Positions 17,245-29,200 of a stretch of 64,000 nucleotides of DNA are shown piece after piece; within the stretch, counting starts at the first letter, position 1; every line of letters begins with the position of its first letter. The notes beneath the pieces were generated by a model. It was not told where the DNA came from and ran no database searches. It worked only from the letters and a program-made list of their open reading frames with translations. Both the position numbers and the translations under genes were made by a program. This stretch comes from Acidobacteriota bacterium. GTDB lineage: Bacteria > Acidobacteriota > Vicinamibacteria > Vicinamibacterales > 2-12-FULL-66-21. The stretch is taken from positions 433 through 64,432 of the forward strand of contig JANMWI010000034.1 in assembly GCA_031393955.1 (NCBI GenBank), given 5' to 3'.

Positions 17245-20200
17245 GTGGCCGCGGTGAGGCGAACCCGACCGTTCGCAGCCTGCACGGCCGTGGCGCTGCT
17301 CGTGGCGGCGGCCCTGGCGCTGCGAGCGGATGCTCCGCAGGTCCCGTCCCGGACGTGGGCGCCGACCGGCGACCTCGCGCATGGTCGATCCGGCGCCGCG
17401 GCGACACTCCTGCCGGACGGCCGCGTCCTTGTCAGTGGCGGTCTCGACCAGAGCGAGGTCACCGCGTCGGCGGAGCGCTACTCCGCGGCCTCCGCGACCT
17501 TCCTGCAGACGCCGGTCATGCAGGAAGCCCGTACCGGGCACACCGCCACACTCCTCTTGAACGGCAGGGTCCTGGTGGCGGGCGGTCTCGGCGCCGCCGG
17601 GCACGCGCTTGCCTCGATTGAGCGCTACGACCCCGTCGTCAACGCCTGGATCGGCGGAGCCGGCCTGCACCGTGCCCGTACGGGCCACACCGCAACGCTG
17701 ACCGCCGACGGCTACCTGATTCTGGCCGGCGGCGAAGACGCCGGCATTCCCACCGACTCGGTGGAGCTCTACGAACCGCTCTCCGGCGGCGTCTATGCGA
17801 TCGACGCGCCGCTCAGCGCGCCGCGTTCGGGCCACGCCGCGGTGACCCTCGGCGATGGCCGGATGCTCATCATCGGCGGCTCCGACGGCGCGCACGCGCT
17901 CTCATCGGTCGACATCATCGATCCGTATGGCGGCACGATCACCGCCGGACCGCCGCTGGCGACGCCGCGAACGGGCCACACCGCCACGATGCTGCTCGAC
18001 GGACGGGTGCTCGTCGCCGGGGGCTCCGATGGGATGACCGCCCTGACCTCGGCCGAGATTTACGACCCGGCGACGAATACGTTTGCCCCCGCCGGCGGCA
18101 CCCTTTCGGCCGCGCGCGAGGGACACCTGGCGATCCTGCTGCCCCACAACAACGCCGTGCTGATCGTCGGCGGCGCCGCCGCCGGCGAGGCGGTGCCGTC
18201 AGCCGAGTTGTTCGTCCCATGGCAGGGTGTCCGCGGACGCTTCTTTCCAACCGCGCCGCCGTCGCTCGGACGGATCCAGGCGGCCGGCGCCGCTCTCAGC
18301 TTTCCCGCCGACCTGACGCGGCGCTCCGGGCCTCACGACGGGCTGATTCTGCTCGCCGGCGGCCGCGCCGCGCCGGCGGCCACCGATCCGCTTCGGGGCG
18401 CCGAGCTGTACGGCTTTGCGACCGTGACCACCGACAAGGCCGACTACGCGCCCAACCGCACCGTCACGATTTCAGGCGCCGGCTGGCAGCCGGGGGAGAC
18501 GGTGTCGCTCGTCATCACAGAGGCCGGCGGGCCGCACCGGTTCGGGCCGTTCCTCGCGGTGGCCGACGGCGCCGGCCGGTTTCAGACGGATCAATTCTCG
18601 ACCGACCTTCACGACTTCGAGCTGAAGTTCTACCTGACCGCAACCGGATCGGTGTCGCAGGCGCAGACCTCGTTCACCGACGCGCAGAACGCCACCACCA
18701 CGACCCTGAGCTGCGCGCCCCACGCGGTGACGGGGCTGCCGCTCAATGTCGCGACGACCTGCACGGCGACGGTGACCGATACCGGCAGCCCGCTAAATGG
18801 ACCCCCGACCGGGACGGTCGCCTGGAACGTGGCCACTGGACCTGCGAAAGGCACCTTCAACGGCGATCCGTGCACCCTGACCGCCGCCAGCGCGAGCACC
18901 TCGACGTGCAGCGTCACCTACACCCCGACCAATAACAAGAACGGCAGCATCCAGGCCGCCTACACCAGCGACACGACCGCGAACTGGGCCAACAGCAGTT
19001 CCGCGTATTCCAGCTACACCGTCATCGCCCCCGACGGCTCGGGCACGATGACGATGACGCCGACCACGGTGACCGCCGGCACCACCGGCGGCACCTATTC
19101 GCTGACGTTCCGCGCGGCTTCCGACGGTACGGTTGGCTATCGTGCCGGGTCGACGGCGACCATTCAGATTCCGGCCGGGTGGACGGCCCCGCAGAGCGGC
19201 GCGGCCGGCAGTCCCGGCTACGTCAGCATCACTGGCGGCAACTGCCCGACACGCAGCATTAGCGCGATCAGCGGGACCGGGCCGTGGATCGTGACGGTGG
19301 ATATCGTCTGCGGTTCGAACGACACGTTCATTCTGAGCTACGCCGGCGGCGGCACGGCGGTCACGGCGCCGACCGCCGCCGGCACGTACACCTTCGCGAC
19401 GCAGACGCAGAATGAGGGCGGACCGCTGACCGACCTGGCCGCGAGTCCGACCGTCACCGTCAATCCAGGGGCGGCGACGCAGCTTGGCTTCACGACCGCG
19501 CCCGGCGGCGGCACCGGCGGCACCGCCTGGACCGCGCAGCCGGTAGTGGCCGTGCAGGACACCTATGGCAACACTGTCGCCTCGAGCAGCGCGTCGATCA
19601 CCCTGACGATCGGAACGAATCCGGCCGGCGGCGCGCTGACCTGCACGGCCAATCCGAAGACGGCGGTCTCCGCGGTCGCGACGTTTGCCGGCTGCCGTAT
19701 CGATTCCGCCGGCGTCGGCTACATACTGGCCGCGACCGCGTCCGGTCTGACCGCGGCCACCAGCCCGCCGTTCGACATCACGGTGGGTCCGGCCGCGAAG
19801 CTGGCCGCCACGACCAGCCCGAGCAACAGCACGGGCGGAACCGCTTTTACGACCCAGCCGGTCATCACCGTGCAGGATGCCGGCGGCAACACGGTCACCG
19901 CCAGCAGCGCGTCGGTCACCCTGGCGATCGGCACCAACCCAGCGAGTGGCACGCTCGGCGGGACGGCAACTGTCGCGGCCGTGAATGGCGTGGCGGTATT
20001 CAGCGGTCTCTCGATCGACAAGGCCGGAACCGGCTACACGCTGACGGCCGCGAGCGCCGGCCTGACCGGCGCGACAACCAGCGCGTTCAACGTCACGGTC
20101 GGCGCCGCGGTGAAGCTCGCATATACGACCGCTCCGGGCGGCGGCACCGGCGGCACCGCGTGGGCGGCGCAGCCGGTGGTCGCGGTGCAGGACGCGGGCG

Positions 20201-23200
20201 GCAACACGGTGACCGGCAGCAGTGCGTCGGTCGCGCTGACGATTGGCACGAACCCAGGCGGCGGCGCGCTCACCTGCACATCGAATCCCGTTACCGCCGT
20301 GGCCGGCGTGGCGGCGTTCGCCAGCTGCCGCATCGACCTCGCCGGGGCGGGCTATACGCTGGTCGCGTCGAGCCCGGGACTGACGTCGGCGACGAGCGCG
20401 CCGCTGACGATCAGCGTCGGGCCGGCGGCCAGGCTGACCTTCACCACCAGCCCCGGCGGCGCGACCGGCGGGGTCGCCCTCGGTATTCAGCCGGTCGTGA
20501 CCGTCCAGGACGCCGGTGGCAATACCGTCACCAGCAGCACCGCGTCGATCGCGCTGGCGATCGGCACCAACCCGTCGGCGGGGACGCTGAGCGGAACCGC
20601 CACCGTTGCCGCGATCAGCGGCGTCGCGACCTTCAGCGGCCTGTCGATCGACAAGGCCGGCGCGGGCTACACGCTCACCGCCGCCAGCACGGGCCTGACC
20701 GCCGGCACCAGCGGCAGCTTCAACATCACCGTCGGTCCGGCGGTGAAGGTCGGCTTCACCACCAGTCCCGGCAGCGCGGCCGCCGGCGCCGCGTTCAGCC
20801 CGCAGCCGGTCGTGGTCGTGCAGGATGCCGGCGGCAACTCGGTGACGACGAGCAGCGCCTCGATCACGCTGACGATCGGCACCAACCCTGGTGGCGGCAC
20901 GCTGAGCGGCACCGCAACGCTCAGTGCCGTGAACGGCGTCGCGACGTTCAGCGGTTTGTCGATCGACAGGTCAGGCACCGGTTACACGCTGACGGCCGCC
21001 AGCGCGGGCCTGTCCGGGGGGACGAGCGCGGCATTCAACATCACGTTCGCGGCGGCGTCGCGGGTCGTCTTCACGACTGCGCCCGGGGGAGGCACCGGTG
21101 GCCTGGCCTGGGCGGCGCAGCCAGTCGTCACGGTCCAGGATGCGTTCGGCAACACCGTCACCATCAGCACCGCGTCGGTGACGCTGGCGATCGGCGCCAA
21201 CCCCGGCAGCGGCACGCTCGGCGGCACAGCGACGCTCAACGCGGTCGGTGGTGTCGCGACGTTCAGTGGTCTGTCGATCGACAAGGTCGGCACCGGCTAT
21301 ACGCTGACCGCCGCCAGCGCCGGCCTGACCGGGGCAACCAGCGCGACCTTCAACGTCACGCTCGGACCGGCCGCGAAGGTCGCCTTCACGACCCAGCCGG
21401 CCAGTTCCACCGGCGCGACCGCGTTCCCCACCCAGCCGGTCGTGACCGTGCAGGATGCCGGCGGCAACACGGTGACCGGGAGCACGGCGTCCGTGACCCT
21501 GGCGATCGGCACCAACCCTGGCAGCGGCACGCTCGCCGGGACGGCGACGGTTACAGCGCTCGCCGGCGTGGCGACGTTCACCGGCTTGTCGATTGATAAG
21601 GCCGGCACGGGCTACACCCTGACCGCCGCCAGCGCCGGCCTGACCGGCGGCACCAGCAGCGCCTTCAACATCACCGTCGGAGCTGCCGTCAAAGTCGCGA
21701 TCACGACCAACCCGGGCAGCTCGACCGGCGGCGTCGCTTTCGCGCCGCAGCCGGTGGTCGCGGTGCAGGACGCGGGCGGCAACACCGTCACCACCAGTAG
21801 CGCGTCGATCACGCTGGCGATTGGCACGAATCCCTCGGCCGGGACCCTGGCTGGAACGGTGACGCTCAGTGCCGTCAGCGGGGTCGCGACTTTCAGCGGG
21901 CTGTCGATCAATAAGGCCGGCACGGGCTATACCCTGACCGCCACCAGCACCGGTCTGACCGGCGCCACCACGGCCGCGTTCAATATCACCGTCGGCCCGG
22001 CGACCCAGCTGGCATTTACCACCCAGCCGGGCGGCGGAACCGGCGGCACCGCGTGGGCGACGCAGCCGGTCGTGACGGTGATGGACGCGGGCGGCAACAC
22101 CGTGACGGCCAGCAGTGCCTCGATCACCCTCGCCATTGCCAGCAATCCCGGCGGCGGCAGTCTGAGCTGCACGGCCAACCCGAAGGCCGCGACCTCGGGT
22201 GTGGACACGTTCGCCGGGTGCCAGATTGACCTGGCAGGCACCGGCTACACGCTGAGCGCGTCGAGCGCCGGTCTTACGTCGGCGACGAGCAGCGCGTTCA
22301 ACGTCACGGTGGGTGCGGCGGTGAAACTCGGCTTCACCACCAGCCCGGTCAGCTCGGTCGCAGGCGCCGGCTTCGGCGCGGTCGTCGCGGTGCAGGATGC
22401 CGGCGGCAACACGGTGACGAGCAGCACAGCGCTCATCTCTCTCGCGATCGGCACCAACCCGGGAAGCGGCACGTTGAGCGGCACCGTCGCCGGAGTCGCG
22501 ACCGGCGGCGTCGCCACCTTCAGCGGCCTGTCGATCGACAAGGTCGGCACCGGCTATACGCTGACGGCGGCGAGCACCGGCCTCACCGCCGGCGCCAGCG
22601 GCAGTTTCAACATCACGTTCGCCGCGGCCGCCAAGGTCGTGTTCACGACGCAGCCGGGCGGCGGCACCGGCGGCACCGCATGGCCGACGCAGCCGGCCGT
22701 CACGGTCCAGGACGCGTTCGGCAACATCGTCACCACCAGCACCGCTTCGATCACGCTGGCGATCGGCACGAACCTGAGCGGCGGCACGCTGACCTGCACC
22801 GCCAACCCGAAGGCGGCGGTCTCCGGAGTCGCGACGTTCGCCGCCTGCCGGATCGACTTCAGCGGCACCGGCTACACGCTGACCGCGGCGAGCGCCGGAC
22901 TGACCGGCGCGACCAGCAGCACCTTCAACGTCACCGTCGGTCCGGCGGCGAAACTGGCCTTCTCAACCAGCCCCAGCAATTCGACCGGCGGCGTCGCCTT
23001 CGGCACCCAGCCATCAGTGACCGTACAGGATGCCGGCGGCAACACGGTCACGACCAGCAGCGCGTCGATCACGCTGGCGATCGGCACCAATCCTTCGAGC
23101 GGAACCCTTGCCGGCACCAAGACCATCAACGCCGCCAGCGGCGTCGCGACCTTCAGCGGCCTGTCGATCGACAAGGCCGGCACCGGCTACACGCTGACCG

Positions 23201-26200
23201 CCGCCAGTACCGGTCTGACCGGCGCGACGAGCGGCGCCTTCAACATCACGGTCGGCCCGGCGGCGAAGCTGGCGGTGACGACCGGCCCGGGCAACAGCGT
23301 CGCCGGCGCGGCATTCGGCACCTCACCGGCCGTCACCGTGCTGGACGCGGGTGGCAATACCGTCACGACCAGCAGCGTGTCGATCACGCTGGCGATCGGT
23401 ACCAATCCCGGCAGCGGGACACTCAGCGGCACCGCGACCGTGAGCGCCGTGAACGGCGTCGCCACCTTCAGCGGCCTCTCGATCGACAAGGCCGGCACCG
23501 GCTACACACTGACCGCGGCGAGCAGCGGCCTGACCGGGGCCACCAGCGGCACTTTCAACATCACCTTTGCCGCCGCCTCCCAGCTCGTGTTCACGACCCA
23601 GCCAGGCGGCGGCACCAGCGGGGCCGCCTGGACGACCCAGCCGGTCGTAACGGTCCTCGACGCGTTCGGCAACACCGTCACCAACAGCACGGTCTCGATC
23701 ACCTTGGCGATCGCCAGCAACCCCGGCGGCGGCACGCTGACCTGCACCGCCAACCCGAAGGCGGCGGCATCCGGCGTCGATGCCTTCGCCGGCTGCAGGA
23801 TCAGCAAAGGCGGCCTCGCCTACACCCTGACGGCGTCGAGCGCCGGACTGACGAGCGCCACCAGCACGAGCTTCAATCTGAACGATGCGACGACGACGAC
23901 GTTCAGTTGCGCGCCGTTCCCGACAACCGGCGTGGAGCTGAACGCGTCAACGACCTGCACCGCCACGGTTGCCGATACCGGCGCGACGTTCGGACCGCCG
24001 ACCGGCACGGTCGCGTTCGCGCGGGCCGGCGGCGCGGGGACGATCTCGGGCAGTCCCTGTACCCTGGCGGCCGCCACCGCCTCGACGTCCGCGTGCGCGT
24101 TCACGTTCACACCGACGTCGGGCACGAGCGGGACACTGACGGCGACTTATTCATCGGACAACGCCACCAACTGGGCGTCGAGCGCCAGCGCCGCCGGCGG
24201 CTACACCGTCATCGCGACTGACGGTTCAGGCACCGAGACGGTCAACATCACGACCGCGACCGCCGGGGCTACCGGGCTGAGTTTCGCGTTCACCTTCACG
24301 ACCGCCGCCGACGGCACGACCGGCTACGCCTCGGGCGCGCAGCTGACGCTGGTCATTCCCGCAGGCTGGACCGCGCCGCAGACGAGCAGCTCGGCTGGCG
24401 CCGGGTACATCAGTCTGTCAAACAACACCGGCGGCGGCGGCAACTGCAGCAACGGGACGACCATCAACAACATCTCGGGCACCGGACCCTGGACCATCAC
24501 GGTCGATATCCTCTGCGGCACGAACCGCATCTTCAAAATCAATTACGCCGCGGTGACCGCACCCACCGCGCCGGCCGCTTATTCGTTCGACGCCCAGACC
24601 AAGAACGCCAACGGCACGTTTGCCAGCGTCGCCAGCAGCCCGGTCGTGACGGTCGGCGCCGGCGCCGCGAGCAAGCTCGCGTTCACCAGTGCTCCGGGCA
24701 CGTCCACCGCCGGCGCCGCATTCGGCACCCAGCCGGTCGTCGTCGTCCAGGACCAGTACGGCAACACCGTGACGGGCAGCTCGGCTTCCATCACCCTGGC
24801 GATCCAGAACAACCCCGGCGGCGGCACGCTGTCGTGCACGGCCAATCCGAAAGCGGCGACGTCGGGTGTCGCGTCGTTTGCCGGGTGCAGCATCAACAAG
24901 ACCGGGGCCGGCTATACCCTGTCAGCCTCATCCACCGGGCTCACCGCCGCGACCAGTGCGTCATTCACCATCACTCCGGCCGCTGCCACGGTGCTCGCCT
25001 TCACGACCCAGCCGGCCGGCGCCGTCGTCGGCGCGGCGTTCACCACCCAGCCGGTGGTTACCAGCCAGGACGCGTACGGCAACAACTCGACCGTCGGTCT
25101 GCCGTCATCGTTGACGCTGACCATGACCATTGCGACCGGCGGCGGCGCGCTGGCCGGAACAACGACGATTGATATTGGCACCGCGGCGGCGAACGGCGTC
25201 GCCGCCTTCTCGACGCTCGAGATTGATACGGCGCAGACCAACACGCTGCAGGCGGCGGTCTCGGGGGGCGTGCTCACTGCGGCAACCAGCGGCGCGTTCG
25301 CCGTCGCCAGGGGCGTAACGGTGACGACCACCTCGAACGCCACTGCCAACTACGGAGCGTCGAACGTCACGTTGATCGCGCTGGTGACCGCGGGCAACGC
25401 GGCGGTCAACGAAGGAACCGTCACCTTTACCGTCAAGGACGGCGTTGGCACGGTCATCGGCACGCCGGTCACGTCGGCCATCGTCTCCGGCGGGAACGCC
25501 GCGGCAACCTTCGCGCTGGGCGCGACCGCGGCGGGCCGGTATTCGATCTTCACGACCTACAATCCGGCGGTATCGAGTCCGAATTTCAACGCCAGCAGCG
25601 GTGCCGCCGGAACGCTGACCCTGACGACCTCCGTGATGCGGGTCAGCTCGGGTGCCTATACCGGCGACGGGATCTCCGGGTCGCAAATTCAGTTGCTCGG
25701 CTTCGTCCCCGACGTCGTCATCGTCAAGGGGGACGCGGCGCAGGAGCCGGTGTTCTGGACCTCGACGATGACCGGCGGTCAGGCCAAGCCGATGAGCAGC
25801 GGCGGCGCCGCGGCGACAAATCTGGTTCAGGCGTCGATGATCAACGGCTTCACGGTCGGCACAGACGCCCGGGTCAATACGAACGGCGGCAGCTATTACT
25901 GGACCGCGTTCGGCGCGGCGACCGGCGGACTGGTCGTCGGCACCTACACCGGCAACGGCAGCGGCCAGAGCGTCAACAGCCTCGGCTTCCAGCCGGATCT
26001 GGTGATCGTCGCAGGTGCGGGCGCGACGACACCGGTCTTCCGCACTTCGGCGATCAGCGGAGCGGTGAGCCTGACGACCGGTAGCGCGCTGACCACGCGC
26101 ATCACCTCGCTCGACGCCAATGGGTTCACCGTCGGCACGGACGCGGCGGTGAATACGTCCGGCGTCGTCTACCACTACGCGGCATGGACGACTGCCACCG

Positions 26201-29200
26201 GCAAGGTCGCGGTCGGGGCATACGCCGGGAGCGCGGCGGCGCGGAATATCACCGGCCTCGGGTTCGGCCCGCAGGCGGCGATCGTCAAGTCGTATGACTG
26301 CACCACTGCGGGGGTCGAGCATTCGTCGGCGCTCGGTCCCGCCGCTGATGCCAGCCTGCCGTTCGACGCGTCGGGCGGCATCGCGACGGCGCGGATCACG
26401 ACGCTGCAGTCGAACGGCTTCGGGCTTGGCACCAACGGCGCCGTGAACGGCAGCGGCTGCAACTACGCGTGGATGGCGTTCGCCGGCGACGCCCCGACCG
26501 CCGTCAGGATGAAGTCGTCGTCGGCCACCCGTTTCGACTCCGGGACGTTCGTCGAATGGGCGACCGGGTTCGAAGCGGACAATCTCGGCTTCCACGTCTA
26601 TCGTGAAGAGGACGGCGTTCGGGTGCGGGTCAGCGACGGGCTAATCGCGGGGTCGGGGCTGCTGATGGGCCCCGGCGCGTCGGCCTCGGCGTCGCAGACC
26701 TACGGCTGGTGGGACCTGAAGCGCGCCAGGGATTCGAAGGCGACCTACTGGCTCGAGGATGTTGATTTGAACGGCTCGCGGACCTGGCACGGTCCGATTG
26801 CGCCGGCCGATGGCGCGACCCGGGAGCCGGCGAATCGGGCGCAGTCATCCCTGCTGAAGCAGCTGGGCAAGCGGGCGCCGCGGGCGGTGACCCGGCCGAT
26901 GCCGGCGGGCGGCAATACCGCGGTGACGACCGCCGCCATCCTGACGTGGGAGTCGACGTCCGGCGCGACCGGCTACGACCTCCGTTTCGACACCGTCAGC
27001 GAGCCTTCGGCGACGATTACCGGCCTGTCCGAGCCGTCATATGCGCCGCCCGCGATGGCGCCGGCGACGACTTACTACTGGCAGGTGGTGGCGCATTATC
27101 CCGACGAAGAGGTGACAGGCCCGGTGTGGGCGTTCACGACGGCTGTCCCGGCTGCGTCACTGCAGGATGCCGTCGGCGCGGCGCTGCCGGGGAGCGGCGG
27201 CATGACCGCGGTGACGATGGCTGTGGCGGTGCCGAACGCCGGGGTGCGATCGCAGCCGGCGGCCGTGGCACTCGCGCCCGCCGTTCCGGAGCAGGCGGCG
27301 GCGGGGGCGAGTGCAGTCGCGCCGGCCGCCGGCCCCGCGGTCACGTCCCGGGCTCCTGTCGCCGCGGCGGCGCCAATGATGCCGGCGGCGGAAGCCGTCA
27401 TCGCGGCGCCGGCGGCGCAGGAGAGCGCCAGCATCCCGCCGCGCGACGCATCGCAGGCGCCGGCCGCGGCGGGCGAACGAGGCGCTGTCCAGTCGGCGAC
27501 CGCGACCAGCCGCTGGATCGCGGACCCGCCGGCGCCGAGGAACGTGCGGGTGCTGGCGCCGGGCATCCCGTTGGAGGCGGCGCCCGGCGGAGCGCCGGCG
27601 GAGACGCCGGTGCTGTCTCCCGCCGCGACTCAGGCGGCCGTCGCCGGTGGTCCGTCGGTGAAATTGTCGGTGACCGCGGACGGCTGGTACCGCGTCCTGC
27701 TCGCGGACCTGGCGGCTGCCGGCCTGGCGGTGGATGCGCCGCTGCAGCTGTCTCTCGACGGTGTGGAACAGCCGATTGAGACGGTCACCGACGGCGTTGG
27801 CGGCGCCGCCATCGAGTTCTACGGCATGGCTGCCGACACTCCGTACAGCAACGCGCGTGTCTACTGGGTGAAGGGAGGAGGCGGACCGGTCCGGCGGGTG
27901 AAGCGGCTGCCGTCAGGCCTCGGGGGCGCGCCTGCAGCCGCCAGCTTCCCGTTCACGATCGAAAAGAAGGACCGCACGATCTATTTCGCCGCCCTGCTCA
28001 ACGGCGACGCCGACAACTTCTTTGGGGATCTCGTGACGAGCGAGGCGGTGGACGAGGCGATCGCGGTGAGGCATCTCGATCCGTCGGGATCGGACGCAGT
28101 GCTCGAGGTCACGCTCCAGGGGGTGACAGAGGCCGGCGCGGATGCGAATCACCTCGTCGACGTCCAGGTCAACGGCGTCCGCGCAGGACAACTGAGCTTC
28201 TCCGGCCGCCAGCGCGGCAGCCAGTCGTTCACGCTTGCCGCTTCGTCGCTTCGCGACGGCGACAACACGGTGACGCTGACCGCGCGCGGTGGCGACGAGG
28301 ACGTCAGCCTGGTCGACGTGATCCGGCTGACCTATCCCCACACCTATGGGGCGGAGGGCGATCGGCTGCGGCTGTCCGCCGCCGGTCAGCAGGCGGTGTC
28401 GGTCGGCGGGTTCAGCGGCGCGGCGATCCGGGTCATCGACATCACCGATCCGGCCGCCGCGCTGGAAGTCGTGCCGGCGGTGACGGCGGAGCCGGCCGGC
28501 TTCCGCGTGTCGTTCCAGGCGCCGGGATCAGGTCGCCGGACGCTGCTGGTCTTCACCGACGGCAATGTCCTGACGCCTGCCTCGACCGCCGGGAATGCGC
28601 CGTCACACTGGCGGGATGCCGCCAATGCGGCGGACTACCTGGTGCTGGCACCGGGCGCCTTTCACGGCGCGGTGGCGCCGCTCAAGGCGCTGCGCGAAAG
28701 CCAGGGTCTCGCGGTGTCGGTGGTCGATCTGGAAGACGTTTACGACGAATTCAGCTTCGGCCAGAAGCGCCCGGACGCGATCCGCGAGTTTCTGGTCCAG
28801 GCCAGCCGGACCTGGCGCCGCGCGCCGCGCTTCGTGGTGCTCGTCGGCAACGCCACGACCGACCCGCGCAACTACCTCGGCACCAACGAGCCCGACTACC
28901 TGCCGACGAAGCTGGTCACGACCGCGGTGCTCGAGACCGCGTCCGACGACTGGTTCGCCGATGCCGATGGCGACGGCATCGCGGAGCTGGCGATGATCGG
29001 GCGTCTGCCGGCGCAGAGCGCCGATCAGGCGGCGGCGATGGTCAACAAGATCGTCGCCTACGAGCGGGCCGACGCCGCGGCGTGGTCGAAGTCGGTCGCG
29101 CTCGTCGCCGACGCCAGCGCGCCGGGGGACCGCGACTTCGCCGGATCGAGCGCCCAGCTGCAGCGCGGCATCCCCGCCGGCTACGCGGTCAGCAATATCT

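Noticed and set aside
20667-23807. A ladder of ten minus-strand ORFs of 101-104 aa spaced about every 315 bp, which could be mistaken for a tandem gene family or a spacer-repeat array.
   Set aside because: They are the antisense mirror of the plus-strand Ig-like coding repeats. The periodic stop comes from the conserved GGCTAC (Gly-Tyr) codons. The sense frame is one continuous 4142-codon ORF with clear domain motifs.
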